16,647 nucleotides of DNA from an uncultured Gemmatimonadota bacterium (GTDB lineage Bacteria > SM23-81): the NCBI GenBank assembly GCA_964584035.1, contig CAZOYL010000053.1:1-16647 (forward strand). The letters run 5' to 3'. The first letter of the stretch is position 1, and each line of letters begins with the position of its first letter. Positions 1-8,453 of the stretch are shown here, in pieces. Both the position numbers and the translations under genes were made by a program. The notes beneath the pieces were generated by a model, which had not been told where the DNA came from, ran no database searches, and worked only from the letters and a program-made list of their open reading frames with translations.

Positions 1-1
1 C

Positions 2-1384
2 TGGCTGTTCGAGCACCTGGACGGATTCGAACAGGATCCCCGGGTGGTGGTGGGCCATGACTTCCGCTATTACTCCCAGAACGTCAAGAACGCCTTCGTG
101 ATCGGTCTGATATCCAGCGGCGCCCAAGTGGTGGACGCCGGGCTGCTGCTCTCCCCGGCCCTGTACTTCGCCCAATACCACCTCAAAATTCCCGCCGGGG
201 CGATGATCACGGCCAGCCATAACGAGAACGGCTGGACCGGGGTGAAGCTGGCCCAGGGACTGTCCAAGACCTTCGAGCCCAAAGAGGTCAAAGAGTTTCG
301 TGAGATCGTCGAGGGCGGTCAATTCCGGGAGGCGGCCGGACAGTATGGTCGGGTGCAGGGCATCCGGCGTGCCTTCATCGACGACCTGGCCTCCCGGGCG
401 AAGACCAAGCGCTCCCTTAAGATGGTGGTCAACACCGGCAACGGCACGGCCGGGGTGTTCGCGCCGGAGGTCTTTCGGCGGGCCGGTTTCGAGGTGGTCG
501 AGGTACACACCGAGCTGGACTGGAATTTCCCCAACTACAATCCCAATCCGGAGAACATCGAGTTCCTCAAATCCATCGGCGAAGCGGTGCGAAAAAACAA
601 AGCGGACCTGGGCGTGGGCATCGACGGAGACGGCGACCGCCTGGGCATCGTGGACGACCACGGCGAGGAGGTGTTCAGCGACAAGGTCGGCCTGCTGCTG
701 GCCAGACACCTCATTCCTCAGGCGAAGAAAGCCGGCCGGGAAGCGAAGTTCGTCATCGACGTCAAGTCCACCTACCTGTTCGAGAAAATGGTCAAACCTC
801 TCGGGGCGGAGATCATCTGGGAGAAAACCGGTCACTCGTATATCAAGGCGGCGGTGCGCCGCGAGAAGGCCACCGCCGGTTTCGAGCGCTCCGGCCATAT
901 GTTCTTCAGCTCCCCCTGGGGACGGGGCTACGATGATGGTATCCTGGCCGGGCTGCTGTTCGCCGCCATGCTCTCGGAGGAAGACAAACCGTTATCGAGC
1001 CTTCTGTCCGAGCTGCCCAGGACTTACCAATCACCCAACATGCAGCCCCATGTAGATGACACAGTAAAGTACGAGGTGGTGGCTAAACTGCAGGCTCAGT
1101 ATGAGGAAGAGCATAAGAAGGGTAACAAGCTGGCCGGGGCGGCCATCAAACGGCTGATCACCATCAACGGCATCCGGGTGCAGTTTGATGACGACAGCTG
1201 GTGCCTGGTGCGGGCCTCCTCCAACACCCCCACCCTGGTGGTTCTGGGAGAGTCCTTCACCTCCCGAAAGCGGCTGTACGAGATGATGGACGAGGTTTTC
1301 GCCCGGCTGAAATCCTTTCCCCGGGTGGGCCAGTTCGATCAGCTGATGCCGCCCTATCCGGGCGAAGACGATGTGAAGCGCTGA
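2..1384 (+). CDS. Phosphomannomutase/phosphoglucomutase (alpha-D-phosphohexomutase), 5'-partial
   Basis: The frame is open from nt 2 (WLFEHLDGFEQDPRVVVGHD), so the true start lies upstream of the window. Motifs: VVGHDFR, phosphoserine loop ITASHN, metal loop DGDGDR, sugar loop GFERSGH, C-terminal LVRASSNTP. Stop TGA at 1382-1384. Confidence 0.95.
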   Translation, partial: WLFEHLDGFEQDPRVVVGHDFRYYSQNVKNAFVIGLISSGAQVVDAGLLLSPALYFAQYHLKIPAGAMITASHNENGWTGVKLAQGLSKTFEPKEVKEFREIVEGGQFREAAGQYGRVQGIRRAFIDDLASRAKTKRSLKMVVNTGNGTAGVFAPEVFRRAGFEVVEVHTELDWNFPNYNPNPENIEFLKSIGEAVRKNKADLGVGIDGDGDRLGIVDDHGEEVFSDKVGLLLARHLIPQAKKAGREAKFVIDVKSTYLFEKMVKPLGAEIIWEKTGHSYIKAAVRREKATAGFERSGHMFFSSPWGRGYDDGILAGLLFAAMLSEEDKPLSSLLSELPRTYQSPNMQPHVDDTVKYEVVAKLQAQYEEEHKKGNKLAGAAIKRLITINGIRVQFDDDSWCLVRASSNTPTLVVLGESFTSRKRLYEMMDEVFARLKSFPRVGQFDQLMPPYPGEDDVKR

Positions 1385-1392
1385 AAAGAGGG

Positions 1393-1423
1393 AAAAAAGC
1401 CGGCCTCGCTCGAGGCCGGCTTT
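1393..1423. terminator. Intrinsic terminator, probably bidirectional, between convergent genes
   Basis: Perfect inverted repeat AAAGCCGGCCTCG-ct-CGAGGCCGGCTTT (1396-1423). A6 at 1393-1398 gives a U6 tail on the minus strand; the plus strand has only TTT. Confidence 0.85.
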
Positions 1424-1444
1424 CGCTTGCCATCTGAACCCCCT

Positions 1445-4400
1445 TTACCGCCCCGCTCGCCCCCGGCCCCGTGCTGCAGCAGCCTCCTGGAGCACAATAT
1501 CGAACTCTCCCACCGCGGCCGAGGCCGCCGATTTTTCTCCCGTCGAGCCGACCGCCCTGACCACGTAATAGTGATTCGTTCCCGGGTCTTTCAGGGCCGC
1601 ACCGGCATCCTCGAAAAAACATTCCGTGGTGCCGCCGAGCGAATCCTCGGTCGTAGGAACGAAGTGCGGATCGGTCTGGCGATAGACGGTGTAATGGTCC
1701 ACCACCATGGGCAGCCCCAGCTGATCGACCGTCACCGGCGACCAGGCCAGCCGGATGATGCTGTCCGCCAGGGCTGCGGCCAGGTCCGTGACCGGCGCCG
1801 GCGGCCGGGCCGCCGCGGTATTATACCGCAGAACCAGCAGGTCCTCGTCGTAGCAGACCACGGCCACATCCAGGGCTCCGTCGCCATCAGCATCCAGCGA
1901 GCACAGGCCCATGGGCTTGTCGCCCGCCGGGAAGGATTGCCGGTGCTGAAACCGGCCGCCGCCATCGTTGATCATGATGGTGACGCTGTCCCCCGCAGCC
2001 CGGGATACGGCCAGATCCTGACAGCCGTCGCCGTCCAGATCGGCCAGCGAGATCCCGGACGGCTGGCCGGCCAGCGAGTAGGCTGAATCGGCGGCGAAGG
2101 TGCCGTCGCCCAGGCCGTGCGATACCATCACCAGGTCATCTTCCAGGCCGGCGAACACCAGATCCAGAAGTCCATCTCCGTTCAGCTCGCCGACGGCCAG
2201 GGCCCTGGGCATTCCCTCCAGGGGATATTTCGTCTGCCCGGCGAAGATGCCGGCGCCCCTGTTGAACAGGACCGAAAAGGTGTTCTCCACCCAGTTGGAC
2301 ACCACCAGGTCGAAATCGCCGTCGCCGTCCACATCCCCCGCCCCCACGCCACAGGGCACATTGCCCACCGGGTAACGGACCTGACGGCTGAAGTCGCCGG
2401 TTCCATCGTTGAACAGCACGGAGACATCATCATCGCCGGCATTGACGGCAGCCAGATCGGGGTCGCCGTCGCCGTCCAGATCGGCGGCACACAGGTCGTA
2501 AGGACTGTTTCCCACCGCAACGTTTGCCTCCAGGGAGAACACGCCGCCCTCATTGCGCAGCACGCTGACGGTGTAGTCCCAGGCGTTCACCGAGGCCAGG
2601 TCCAGGTCGCCGTCGCCCTCCAGGTCGAGGGGACAGACCCGAACGGGCCCGTCATCCACCCGGTAAAGGCTGTCCATAACAAATCCCCCGGCCCCGTCGT
2701 TGAGGAACACGCCCACCGAGCTGGCCTGATAGTTGGCCGTGACCAGGTCCACCAAACCGTCGCCGTCCGCATCGGCGGCAGTCACTCCCTGAGGCGTGTT
2801 GCCCGCCGCCCAGCTGGTGTCGCGGTCGAACAGCCCCTGCCCTCCGGCGGCGGCGAAGAAGGACCATCCGTAAGCGGCATTCATGGAAATGCCGATATGG
2901 CTTTTCAATCCGAACGTCAGCATGGCGGTGATCGTCTCCCCGCAAGCGAAGGGCGCCGCGGAGGAGAAGATCGCTGTGGAGTCAGCCGGGCCGGCCGCCA
3001 CCGTACCCGGGTGCCACCCGGTCTGAGATCCGCAGACGATGAAGACCGAATCGCTCAGGGTGGACTCATCCAGCGGGCTGTTGAACTCAACGGTCAGATC
3101 CCCGCCGGCCGGCACATCGTTCTGATGACGAGCGGGTGAAGTGGCCAGAACCTTCAAGGCGTCGATGTTGAGAAACACGGCGACATCTCCCGAGAGGGCG
3201 TTCCCGGCGGCCACGTCGGGATCGCCATCGCCGTCCAGATCGGCGGCGCAGAGAGAGACGGGGTCGGCGCCCGCGGCGGCAGCGTCCTCCACCTGAAAGG
3301 TGCCGTCGCCCTGGTTGCGCATCACCCTGACCGCGTCGTCTCCGGCACAGGCCACTGCCAGATCGCCGTCCTCGTCGCCGTCCAGATCGGCCGCCCGGAC
3401 ACACAGGGGCTGATCCCCGGCCGCGTAGAGACTGTCGGCAACCAGAAGGCCGGCGCCGTCATTGATGAAGATGGCGACATCGTCGGAATTCCTGTTGGCC
3501 ACGGCCAGATCCAGACGGCCGTCGCCGTTCAGATCGGCCGCACACAGGCTGTGGGGCCCGTCGCCGGTGCCATAGGTCACCGGCGGGGCGAAGGTACCGT
3601 CGCCACCGTTGATCAAGACCGAGACGTCATCGGACTCGAAATTGGCCGAGATCAGATCGACATGACCGTCGCCGTTCAGATCACCGGCGGCGATGCTCCG
3701 GGGCGTGTCGCCGACGCCATAATCGATCGCCGGTGAGAAGCTGCCGCCGCCATCGTTGAGCAAAACGGAAACCCGGTCATAGAGACTTCCGGCCACCGCC
3801 AGATCGGGATGGCCGTCGCCGTTCAGATCGGCCACCGCCAGGTCTCTGGGCCGCTGGCTGGTGCCGTATGATTGAGCGGCGGCAAAGGTGCCGTCGCCGT
3901 CGTTGAGCAGGACGGAAACCTGGTGAGCGCTGGAATCGGCGGTCACCAGATCGATATACCCGTCGCCGTTCAGATCGTCGGCCTTCAGGCCTCTGGGACA
4001 GGAGCCCACCGGGCAGGTCCCATCGAGGGTGAACTGTCCCTGGCCGTCGTTGGACCACAGGGAAACCTGATCCAGACCCAACCCGGCCACCGCCAGATCC
4101 ACATCGCCGTCGCGGTCGAAATCCGCCCCGCAGATGGCGCCGGGATCCAGCCCGGAGCCGAACAGGGCGGCGCTGTCCAGGATCCCGCTGCCGCCGGGCG
4201 CCAGGGTCCGGAAGGACCAGGACCAGCCCCCGCTGACCGGAGTGCCGGCGGCCGAGCCGGCCGCCGTGGTGACCTGTACGCCGATCCTCTCTCCGGGGAA
4301 AAGATCCTCGACCGGATCCAGGGTGGCCGTCAGGCTGCCGGGGTCATAGGTCACCGCCGTGGTGTACCGCCCCCGCAGCTCGCCCCGGACCAGCAGGGTG

Positions 4401-6394
4401 CTGTCGTTCAGGGCGGCCGGATCCATGGGGCGGTCGAATCGGATGGTGATATCGCCCGCCGCCGGAGCCAGATAGACATTGGCCTCGGGCGCCGTGGTCA
4501 CCACCTGCGGCGTGGGGGCCATGCCGGCCCGCCTCAGGGCCGGATCGCCGTACAGGCAGAAATCATACATGTTCTGGTAATTCTGCCAGTTATGTGTCCA
4601 GCAGAAATACTTCGAGTCGTACAGCGCGGTGCCCACCGGCTGATTTTTATTGACCAGGTGATCGTGGAAATAATAGGACAGCGACTCGATTCCGCCGTCG
4701 TTCTTCTGGGCCCAGCCGATGATGCCATAGGACACCCTGGTGGCGGCCACGGCTCCGGCGGAACCGTTCCCAATGAGCTCCCGGGCCAGATGAGAATACT
4801 CCGGATGCCCGTTCTCGCAGGAGGCGCAGAAGACGATGGACGGATGGTCATCGTCCAGGGAAGAGACGTCGGAGACGGCGAAGAAATACGGCCAGCTCAT
4901 CTCGTTCGATTCCGGCACGCCGTCGCCGTCGTCCCAGCTCCAGTACTTACGCCAGGCGGCATCGTAGGAGCCGTGCGCGGCCCAGGCCACGACGCCGTAA
5001 TCGTTGGCCGACCACCGGGCGACCACGTTGGCGTTGGTCAGGGAATCGTCACAGGACAGCCCGGAAGGCGCCAGGCCCGATTTCTCGTAGAGGGTGGTCA
5101 CATCCCAGCCGCCGAAGACGTCCTCGATCATCCGCTGGGCCGCCCAGGCGCCGTCGGTGGCCGGATATCCAGAGCGGTCCTCGTTGGCGAAGTTGATGAA
5201 GGCGCCCAGCAGAAGGGCGCTGTTCTTCCAGCTGCCGGTGTCGCTCTCGGCGGCCACCAGCTTATCGCAGATCCCGGCCAGGGCGCCTGAGCTGCTGTAA
5301 GGAATGCGGCCCACAGAGACCTCTGCCATGAGATCGATGGCATCCTGGCCGGGCTCACCGTAGTAGTGATCTCCATCGGAGTCCCACCCGCCGGTCAGGT
5401 CGGCGTAATAATAATCGGTCGGCACGGCATTGGTATGGCCGCTGGGATAGCAGGAGCGCATCGGAATGAGGTCGACATTCCCGGCCAGCAGCACGTACTC
5501 GATGCCCCATTCGGCGTATTTATCCGCCAGGAAGTTACGGATCTTCTCGGCCAGGTCCCAGCCGCCGTACTGGCTGGAGATCCAATCGGTGGTCACCACG
5601 GCGACGCTGTGGCCCAGCTCCTCCTTCCAGTCGATCAGGCCCGACAGGGCACCCTGAAGATCCGAAGTGGTGATGATGACGTAGTCGCTGGCGGTCTTGG
5701 CCGGCGGCAAGCGGCCCTCCCGGCGGTACCAGTCCCGGGCCTGGGCCGGATTGTCCAGCAGTTCCAGGCGGTCGTCATACGGCGCCGGGTCCGCCAGGGC
5801 CTCCTGAACCTGACGATCAAGCGCCGTTCCCGGCCGCGGCCGCTCGTATTCGACCACCACCACGGCCCGGCGGCAGAGGAGCAGCTGCCGGCTGACCGGC
5901 CTGTAGGCGAAAGGTGAAAAGGCCACCCGCAGGACAGTGATCTGACGCAGCCCCCCGGCACCCAGAGACTGCCCGGCCGCCGCCGGATAGGCCTGGTTCG
6001 ATTCGTAGACCGCATCGTGCGCCGCCTGCCAGTTTTGCCGGCTGCTCAGAATCGCCTCCCGGTCGGCGTCCAGGGGGATGACGCCGGGAGCCGCCGGAAT
6101 GCGGAAGTCGCCCGCGACCGCCTGATCATGCGCTCCCTGGACATTCACGGAGGTCACCCGGGATCCCGGAGGGAGGGCAAAGTGATACACCCGCATGGGC
6201 AGCCGGGGCGTTCCCGGTTCCCCCCGGAGGGTGTATCCGGACATCTCGATCTCGTGGAATCCCTCATCCGTCTCCTCGATATGGTAGGGCCCGGCCGACA
6301 TGATGAAGGTGCTCTGTTCGGCACCGGCGCCGGAGATGATCAACAGGGACAGGAAAAGGATCACAATGGGCAGGCCGGTCTGTCTGGCGGACAT
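1445..6394 (-). CDS. Secreted C25-family (gingipain-like) cysteine peptidase: signal peptide, propeptide, catalytic domain, 2x[Ig-like (Big_5/SbsA type) + 7 FG-GAP repeats], C-terminal FN3-like 'VGEFD' domain
   Basis: RBS GAGGAG upstream of ATG 6394 and a hydrophobic signal peptide. C25 propeptide-like GEPGTPRLP. C25 motifs DYVIIT, IEYVLLAG, PTDYYYADL, EVSVGRIP, AAHGS (His474), ASCENG (Cys526), LYGDP. Fourteen D-x-D/N-G-D-G-x-x-D repeats in two blocks of seven. Confidence 0.93.
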   Translation of the reverse strand: MSARQTGLPIVILFLSLLIISGAGAEQSTFIMSAGPYHIEETDEGFHEIEMSGYTLRGEPGTPRLPMRVYHFALPPGSRVTSVNVQGAHDQAVAGDFRIPAAPGVIPLDADREAILSSRQNWQAAHDAVYESNQAYPAAAGQSLGAGGLRQITVLRVAFSPFAYRPVSRQLLLCRRAVVVVEYERPRPGTALDRQVQEALADPAPYDDRLELLDNPAQARDWYRREGRLPPAKTASDYVIITTSDLQGALSGLIDWKEELGHSVAVVTTDWISSQYGGWDLAEKIRNFLADKYAEWGIEYVLLAGNVDLIPMRSCYPSGHTNAVPTDYYYADLTGGWDSDGDHYYGEPGQDAIDLMAEVSVGRIPYSSSGALAGICDKLVAAESDTGSWKNSALLLGAFINFANEDRSGYPATDGAWAAQRMIEDVFGGWDVTTLYEKSGLAPSGLSCDDSLTNANVVARWSANDYGVVAWAAHGSYDAAWRKYWSWDDGDGVPESNEMSWPYFFAVSDVSSLDDDHPSIVFCASCENGHPEYSHLARELIGNGSAGAVAATRVSYGIIGWAQKNDGGIESLSYYFHDHLVNKNQPVGTALYDSKYFCWTHNWQNYQNMYDFCLYGDPALRRAGMAPTPQVVTTAPEANVYLAPAAGDITIRFDRPMDPAALNDSTLLVRGELRGRYTTAVTYDPGSLTATLDPVEDLFPGERIGVQVTTAAGSAAGTPVSGGWSWSFRTLAPGGSGILDSAALFGSGLDPGAICGADFDRDGDVDLAVAGLGLDQVSLWSNDGQGQFTLDGTCPVGSCPRGLKADDLNGDGYIDLVTADSSAHQVSVLLNDGDGTFAAAQSYGTSQRPRDLAVADLNGDGHPDLAVAGSLYDRVSVLLNDGGGSFSPAIDYGVGDTPRSIAAGDLNGDGHVDLISANFESDDVSVLINGGDGTFAPPVTYGTGDGPHSLCAADLNGDGRLDLAVANRNSDDVAIFINDGAGLLVADSLYAAGDQPLCVRAADLDGDEDGDLAVACAGDDAVRVMRNQGDGTFQVEDAAAAGADPVSLCAADLDGDGDPDVAAGNALSGDVAVFLNIDALKVLATSPARHQNDVPAGGDLTVEFNSPLDESTLSDSVFIVCGSQTGWHPGTVAAGPADSTAIFSSAAPFACGETITAMLTFGLKSHIGISMNAAYGWSFFAAAGGQGLFDRDTSWAAGNTPQGVTAADADGDGLVDLVTANYQASSVGVFLNDGAGGFVMDSLYRVDDGPVRVCPLDLEGDGDLDLASVNAWDYTVSVLRNEGGVFSLEANVAVGNSPYDLCAADLDGDGDPDLAAVNAGDDDVSVLFNDGTGDFSRQVRYPVGNVPCGVGAGDVDGDGDFDLVVSNWVENTFSVLFNRGAGIFAGQTKYPLEGMPRALAVGELNGDGLLDLVFAGLEDDLVMVSHGLGDGTFAADSAYSLAGQPSGISLADLDGDGCQDLAVSRAAGDSVTIMINDGGGRFQHRQSFPAGDKPMGLCSLDADGDGALDVAVVCYDEDLLVLRYNTAAARPPAPVTDLAAALADSIIRLAWSPVTVDQLGLPMVVDHYTVYRQTDPHFVPTTEDSLGGTTECFFEDAGAALKDPGTNHYYVVRAVGSTGEKSAASAAVGEFDIVLQEAAAARGRGRAGR
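1820..4510 (-). repeat. Tandem duplication of an [Ig-like domain + 7-bladed FG-GAP propeller] module inside the C25 gene (approximate limits)
   Basis: Module 1 (~4510-3165) starts PQVVTTAP..FDRPMDPAALNDST. Module 2 (~3160-1820) starts LKVLATSP..FNSPLDESTLSDSV. Each is followed by 7 FG-GAP repeats. Confidence 0.85.
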
Positions 6395-6492
6395 GAATAT
6401 CTCCTCGAATAGATAGGTTGATTCCTGACGGTCGAGAAAAAGGGCGGCCGAAGGATGGCAGACTCGCTCATGCCCGACGCGCCCTCTCTTTC

Positions 6493-6521
6493 ATTTTAGC
6501 ACATCAGCTCTGTTGCGTCAA
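6493..6521 (-). promoter_or_regulatory. Sigma70-type promoter for the C25 peptidase gene
   Basis: Minus strand reads TTGACG (6521-6516), 17 nt, TAAAAT (6498-6493), with an extended -10 TGn. It lies just downstream of the TPR gene terminator. Confidence 0.75.
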
Positions 6522-6574
6522 GAGTTTTGTTGTTCGGGGGCGATCCTGCGGCCGCCGGGCCCGGCTCGCCGCCG

Positions 6575-6603
6575 AAAAAAAAGGCCGCTCCCGAAGGGCG
6601 GCC
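6575..6603 (-). terminator. Intrinsic terminator after the TPR gene
   Basis: Minus strand GGCCGCCC-TTCG-GGAGCGGCC (cUUCGg tetraloop) followed by T8. Confidence 0.85.
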
Positions 6604-6643
6604 CGTCACACCTATCCAAGCGATCGCGATTCCGGCCGAAGAA

Positions 6644-7660
6644 TCATTCTTTCGGAATCCGCTCGGCGACCTCATCGATCTGTGCCGACAGCTTCTCAAA
6701 TCCGTCAGTGTCCCACCGGTCCATACCGGCCTCCTGCAGGCGTTCCCCTGCCCGCCGTAAGTATTCCAGAGCCTCCGGCAGGTCCTCCCGCTGGAGGGCC
6801 AGCTCGCCCAGCTCCCGGCAGCTATGGCCGATCCATTCGGCGGCGGCGGGGCTCTGCTCGGAGGCATAGAGCCGCTCCGACCAGGCCAGCACCGGCCGTA
6901 TCCATTGGGCCGCCACCTGGTGCTGCCCGGTCATCCGATAGGCGTGCCCCACCGACCAGTCGGCGATGAGCTTGTTCATCTCCCCGCCCAGCTTCCAGTG
7001 GTATTCCCTGGCCGTCAGGAGAGCATCCAGGGATTCCTGGTATCGACCCAGATCATCATAGGTCCAGCCCAGGTTATTCCACAGCGGCCCCAACCAGCTT
7101 TCGATACCACCCTGCTCGGCGGCCGCGATGCCCTTCCGGCCCCACAGGATCTGCTCCTCGGGAGGAGCCGTGATGGCCACCATGTGAGCGGCGTCGACGG
7201 CCCGTTCGTGCAGATCGTGCCGCAGGCAATACTCATACATCTCCCGAAAGGTGATCGTAGCCGTCTCCAGCTGGTCGTCAGACCACTCGAAACGCCCCCG
7301 GACCCCCAGATAGCGCGACCAGGCTATGGGCATCTGATCGGTGACGATCTCGGCGGCCATCATCAGCCAGTGGCGGCCCTCATCCTTTTGATCCATCTTC
7401 AGATAGCAGCGGGCTGCCTGAGCCCGGGCCTCGACCTGAAGGCCCACCACCATCTCCTGTTGGGCCGCTTTGTCGGCGATCTTATAAATCTCCAGGGCCT
7501 GCGCGTCATCTCCCTGCCGGAAAATGCCATCGGCCTGCTCCAAGAGCTGCTGGGCCGGGGAAACCGCCTCTGCGGCCGGCATCTCCGGCTCATCAGCCCG
7601 GGCAACGGCCAGCAGGAGCGGGCCGATCAGAACCAGGATATTCAGGGAACGTGCCGTCAT
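6644..7660 (-). CDS. Exported tetratricopeptide-repeat protein
   Basis: RBS GGAGG upstream of ATG 7660 and a signal peptide ending AVARA. TPR-like helices, e.g. LWNNLGWTYDDLGRYQESLDAL, WSVGHAYRMTG, ELGELALQREDLPEALEYL. Confidence 0.85.
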   Translation of the reverse strand: MTARSLNILVLIGPLLLAVARADEPEMPAAEAVSPAQQLLEQADGIFRQGDDAQALEIYKIADKAAQQEMVVGLQVEARAQAARCYLKMDQKDEGRHWLMMAAEIVTDQMPIAWSRYLGVRGRFEWSDDQLETATITFREMYEYCLRHDLHERAVDAAHMVAITAPPEEQILWGRKGIAAAEQGGIESWLGPLWNNLGWTYDDLGRYQESLDALLTAREYHWKLGGEMNKLIADWSVGHAYRMTGQHQVAAQWIRPVLAWSERLYASEQSPAAAEWIGHSCRELGELALQREDLPEALEYLRRAGERLQEAGMDRWDTDGFEKLSAQIDEVAERIPKE

Positions 7661-7703
7661 TTCGACCTCCCGGTGAGAAGTTTACCGTCGCGATCCGTCC
7701 GGC

Positions 7704-8270
7704 TCACCTGTTCCAGAAGTGCTCCGGCGGCACCCTGCCGCCTGCCCCGAAGACGATGCCCTCCATCTCCAGCAGGGCTCGCTTCATGGCCAGCCCGCCC
7801 CGGAACCCTCCCAGGTGCCCGCTTTCCCGGATACATCGATGGCAGGGGATGATCAGGGGAAAGGGATTGCGGGCTAACGCATTTCCCACAGCCCGGGCCG
7901 CTCCGGGGACGCCCAGGCGCTCGGCCAGGCGCCCATAGGTGGTCACCCGGCCCCGGGGGACCTGAAACTCGGCCGGCAACACGCGCCGCTGAAAAGGCGT
8001 GCAGACTTTAAGATCGAGCAGCTCCAGGGAGAAAACCACCGGATCCCCCTGGAGAAAGCGGCCGATCTCACCGGCCAGACGGTCCATGACCGGACGGGCA
8101 GCCGGCCGCGCTCCCGGGAACCGCTCCCGGAGAACCTCATCGGGCCCGCCGGCCTCGCCGGGCAGGATGACGGCGGTCACCCTGGCGCCGCCGGCCGCCG
8201 GCCGCCAGATCAACAGGATGGGTCCGAATCGCGAGGGAATGGATCGGTAGCCGATAATCTCCGGGCGCAC
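7704..8270 (-). CDS. ogt: Methylated-DNA--protein-cysteine methyltransferase (MGMT/Ogt family)
   Basis: Motifs TPFQRRV, VPRGRVTTYGRLA, AARAVGNALARNP, active site IPCHR, LGGFRGGLAMKRALLEMEG. Start reassigned to GTG 8270, in frame with the ORF track and preceded by GGAGGAGG; the longer ORF start at 8387 would run through a terminator. Confidence 0.92.
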   Translation of the reverse strand: MRPEIIGYRSIPSRFGPILLIWRPAAGGARVTAVILPGEAGGPDEVLRERFPGARPAARPVMDRLAGEIGRFLQGDPVVFSLELLDLKVCTPFQRRVLPAEFQVPRGRVTTYGRLAERLGVPGAARAVGNALARNPFPLIIPCHRCIRESGHLGGFRGGLAMKRALLEMEGIVFGAGGRVPPEHFWNR

Positions 8271-8344
8271 CTTGAGCCTCCTCCCTGTGGAAGATGCCAC
8301 GGCACCACCGCCGCGGATGAACATCAAGCGCTCATCCCGGGAGC

Positions 8345-8375
8345 AAAGAAAAGCCCTCTCCGGCGTTGAGAGGGC
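8345..8375 (-). terminator. Probable intrinsic terminator after the small membrane protein gene
   Basis: Stem GCCCTCTC (8353-8360) / GAGAGGGC (8368-8375), followed on the minus strand by TTTTCTTT. Confidence 0.7.
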
Positions 8376-8430
8376 CTCACGGCTCATCCTTCAGGCATCA
8401 TGGTCCATGCTTCAGGCTTCATGCTTGACG
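8375..8430. repeat. Degenerate 7-bp tandem repeat, 8 units, consensus ~CTTCA(T/G)G
   Basis: Units: cctcacg gctcatc cttcagg catcatg gtccatg cttcagg cttcatg cttgacg. Confidence 0.6.
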
Positions 8431-8453
8431 ACCGAACGCTGCCGGATGCATCT

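Noticed and set aside
1820..4190. Recurring DNA words such as ccgtcgccgttcagatc as a CRISPR or DGR repeat
   Set aside because: They are in-frame FG-GAP protein repeats; there are no cas or reverse transcriptase genes and no adenine-specific variation was evident.
1427..6412. Long plus-strand ORFs opposite the C25 gene (1427-2086, 2117-3139, 3872-5290, 5366-5917 etc.)
   Set aside because: Antisense shadows of GC-rich coding sequence with no recognisable motifs.
6418..7852. Plus-strand ORFs 6418-6969 and 6824-7852 and minus-strand ORF 6496-6867
   Set aside because: They overlap the TPR gene, a terminator or a promoter, and are low-complexity or motif-free.
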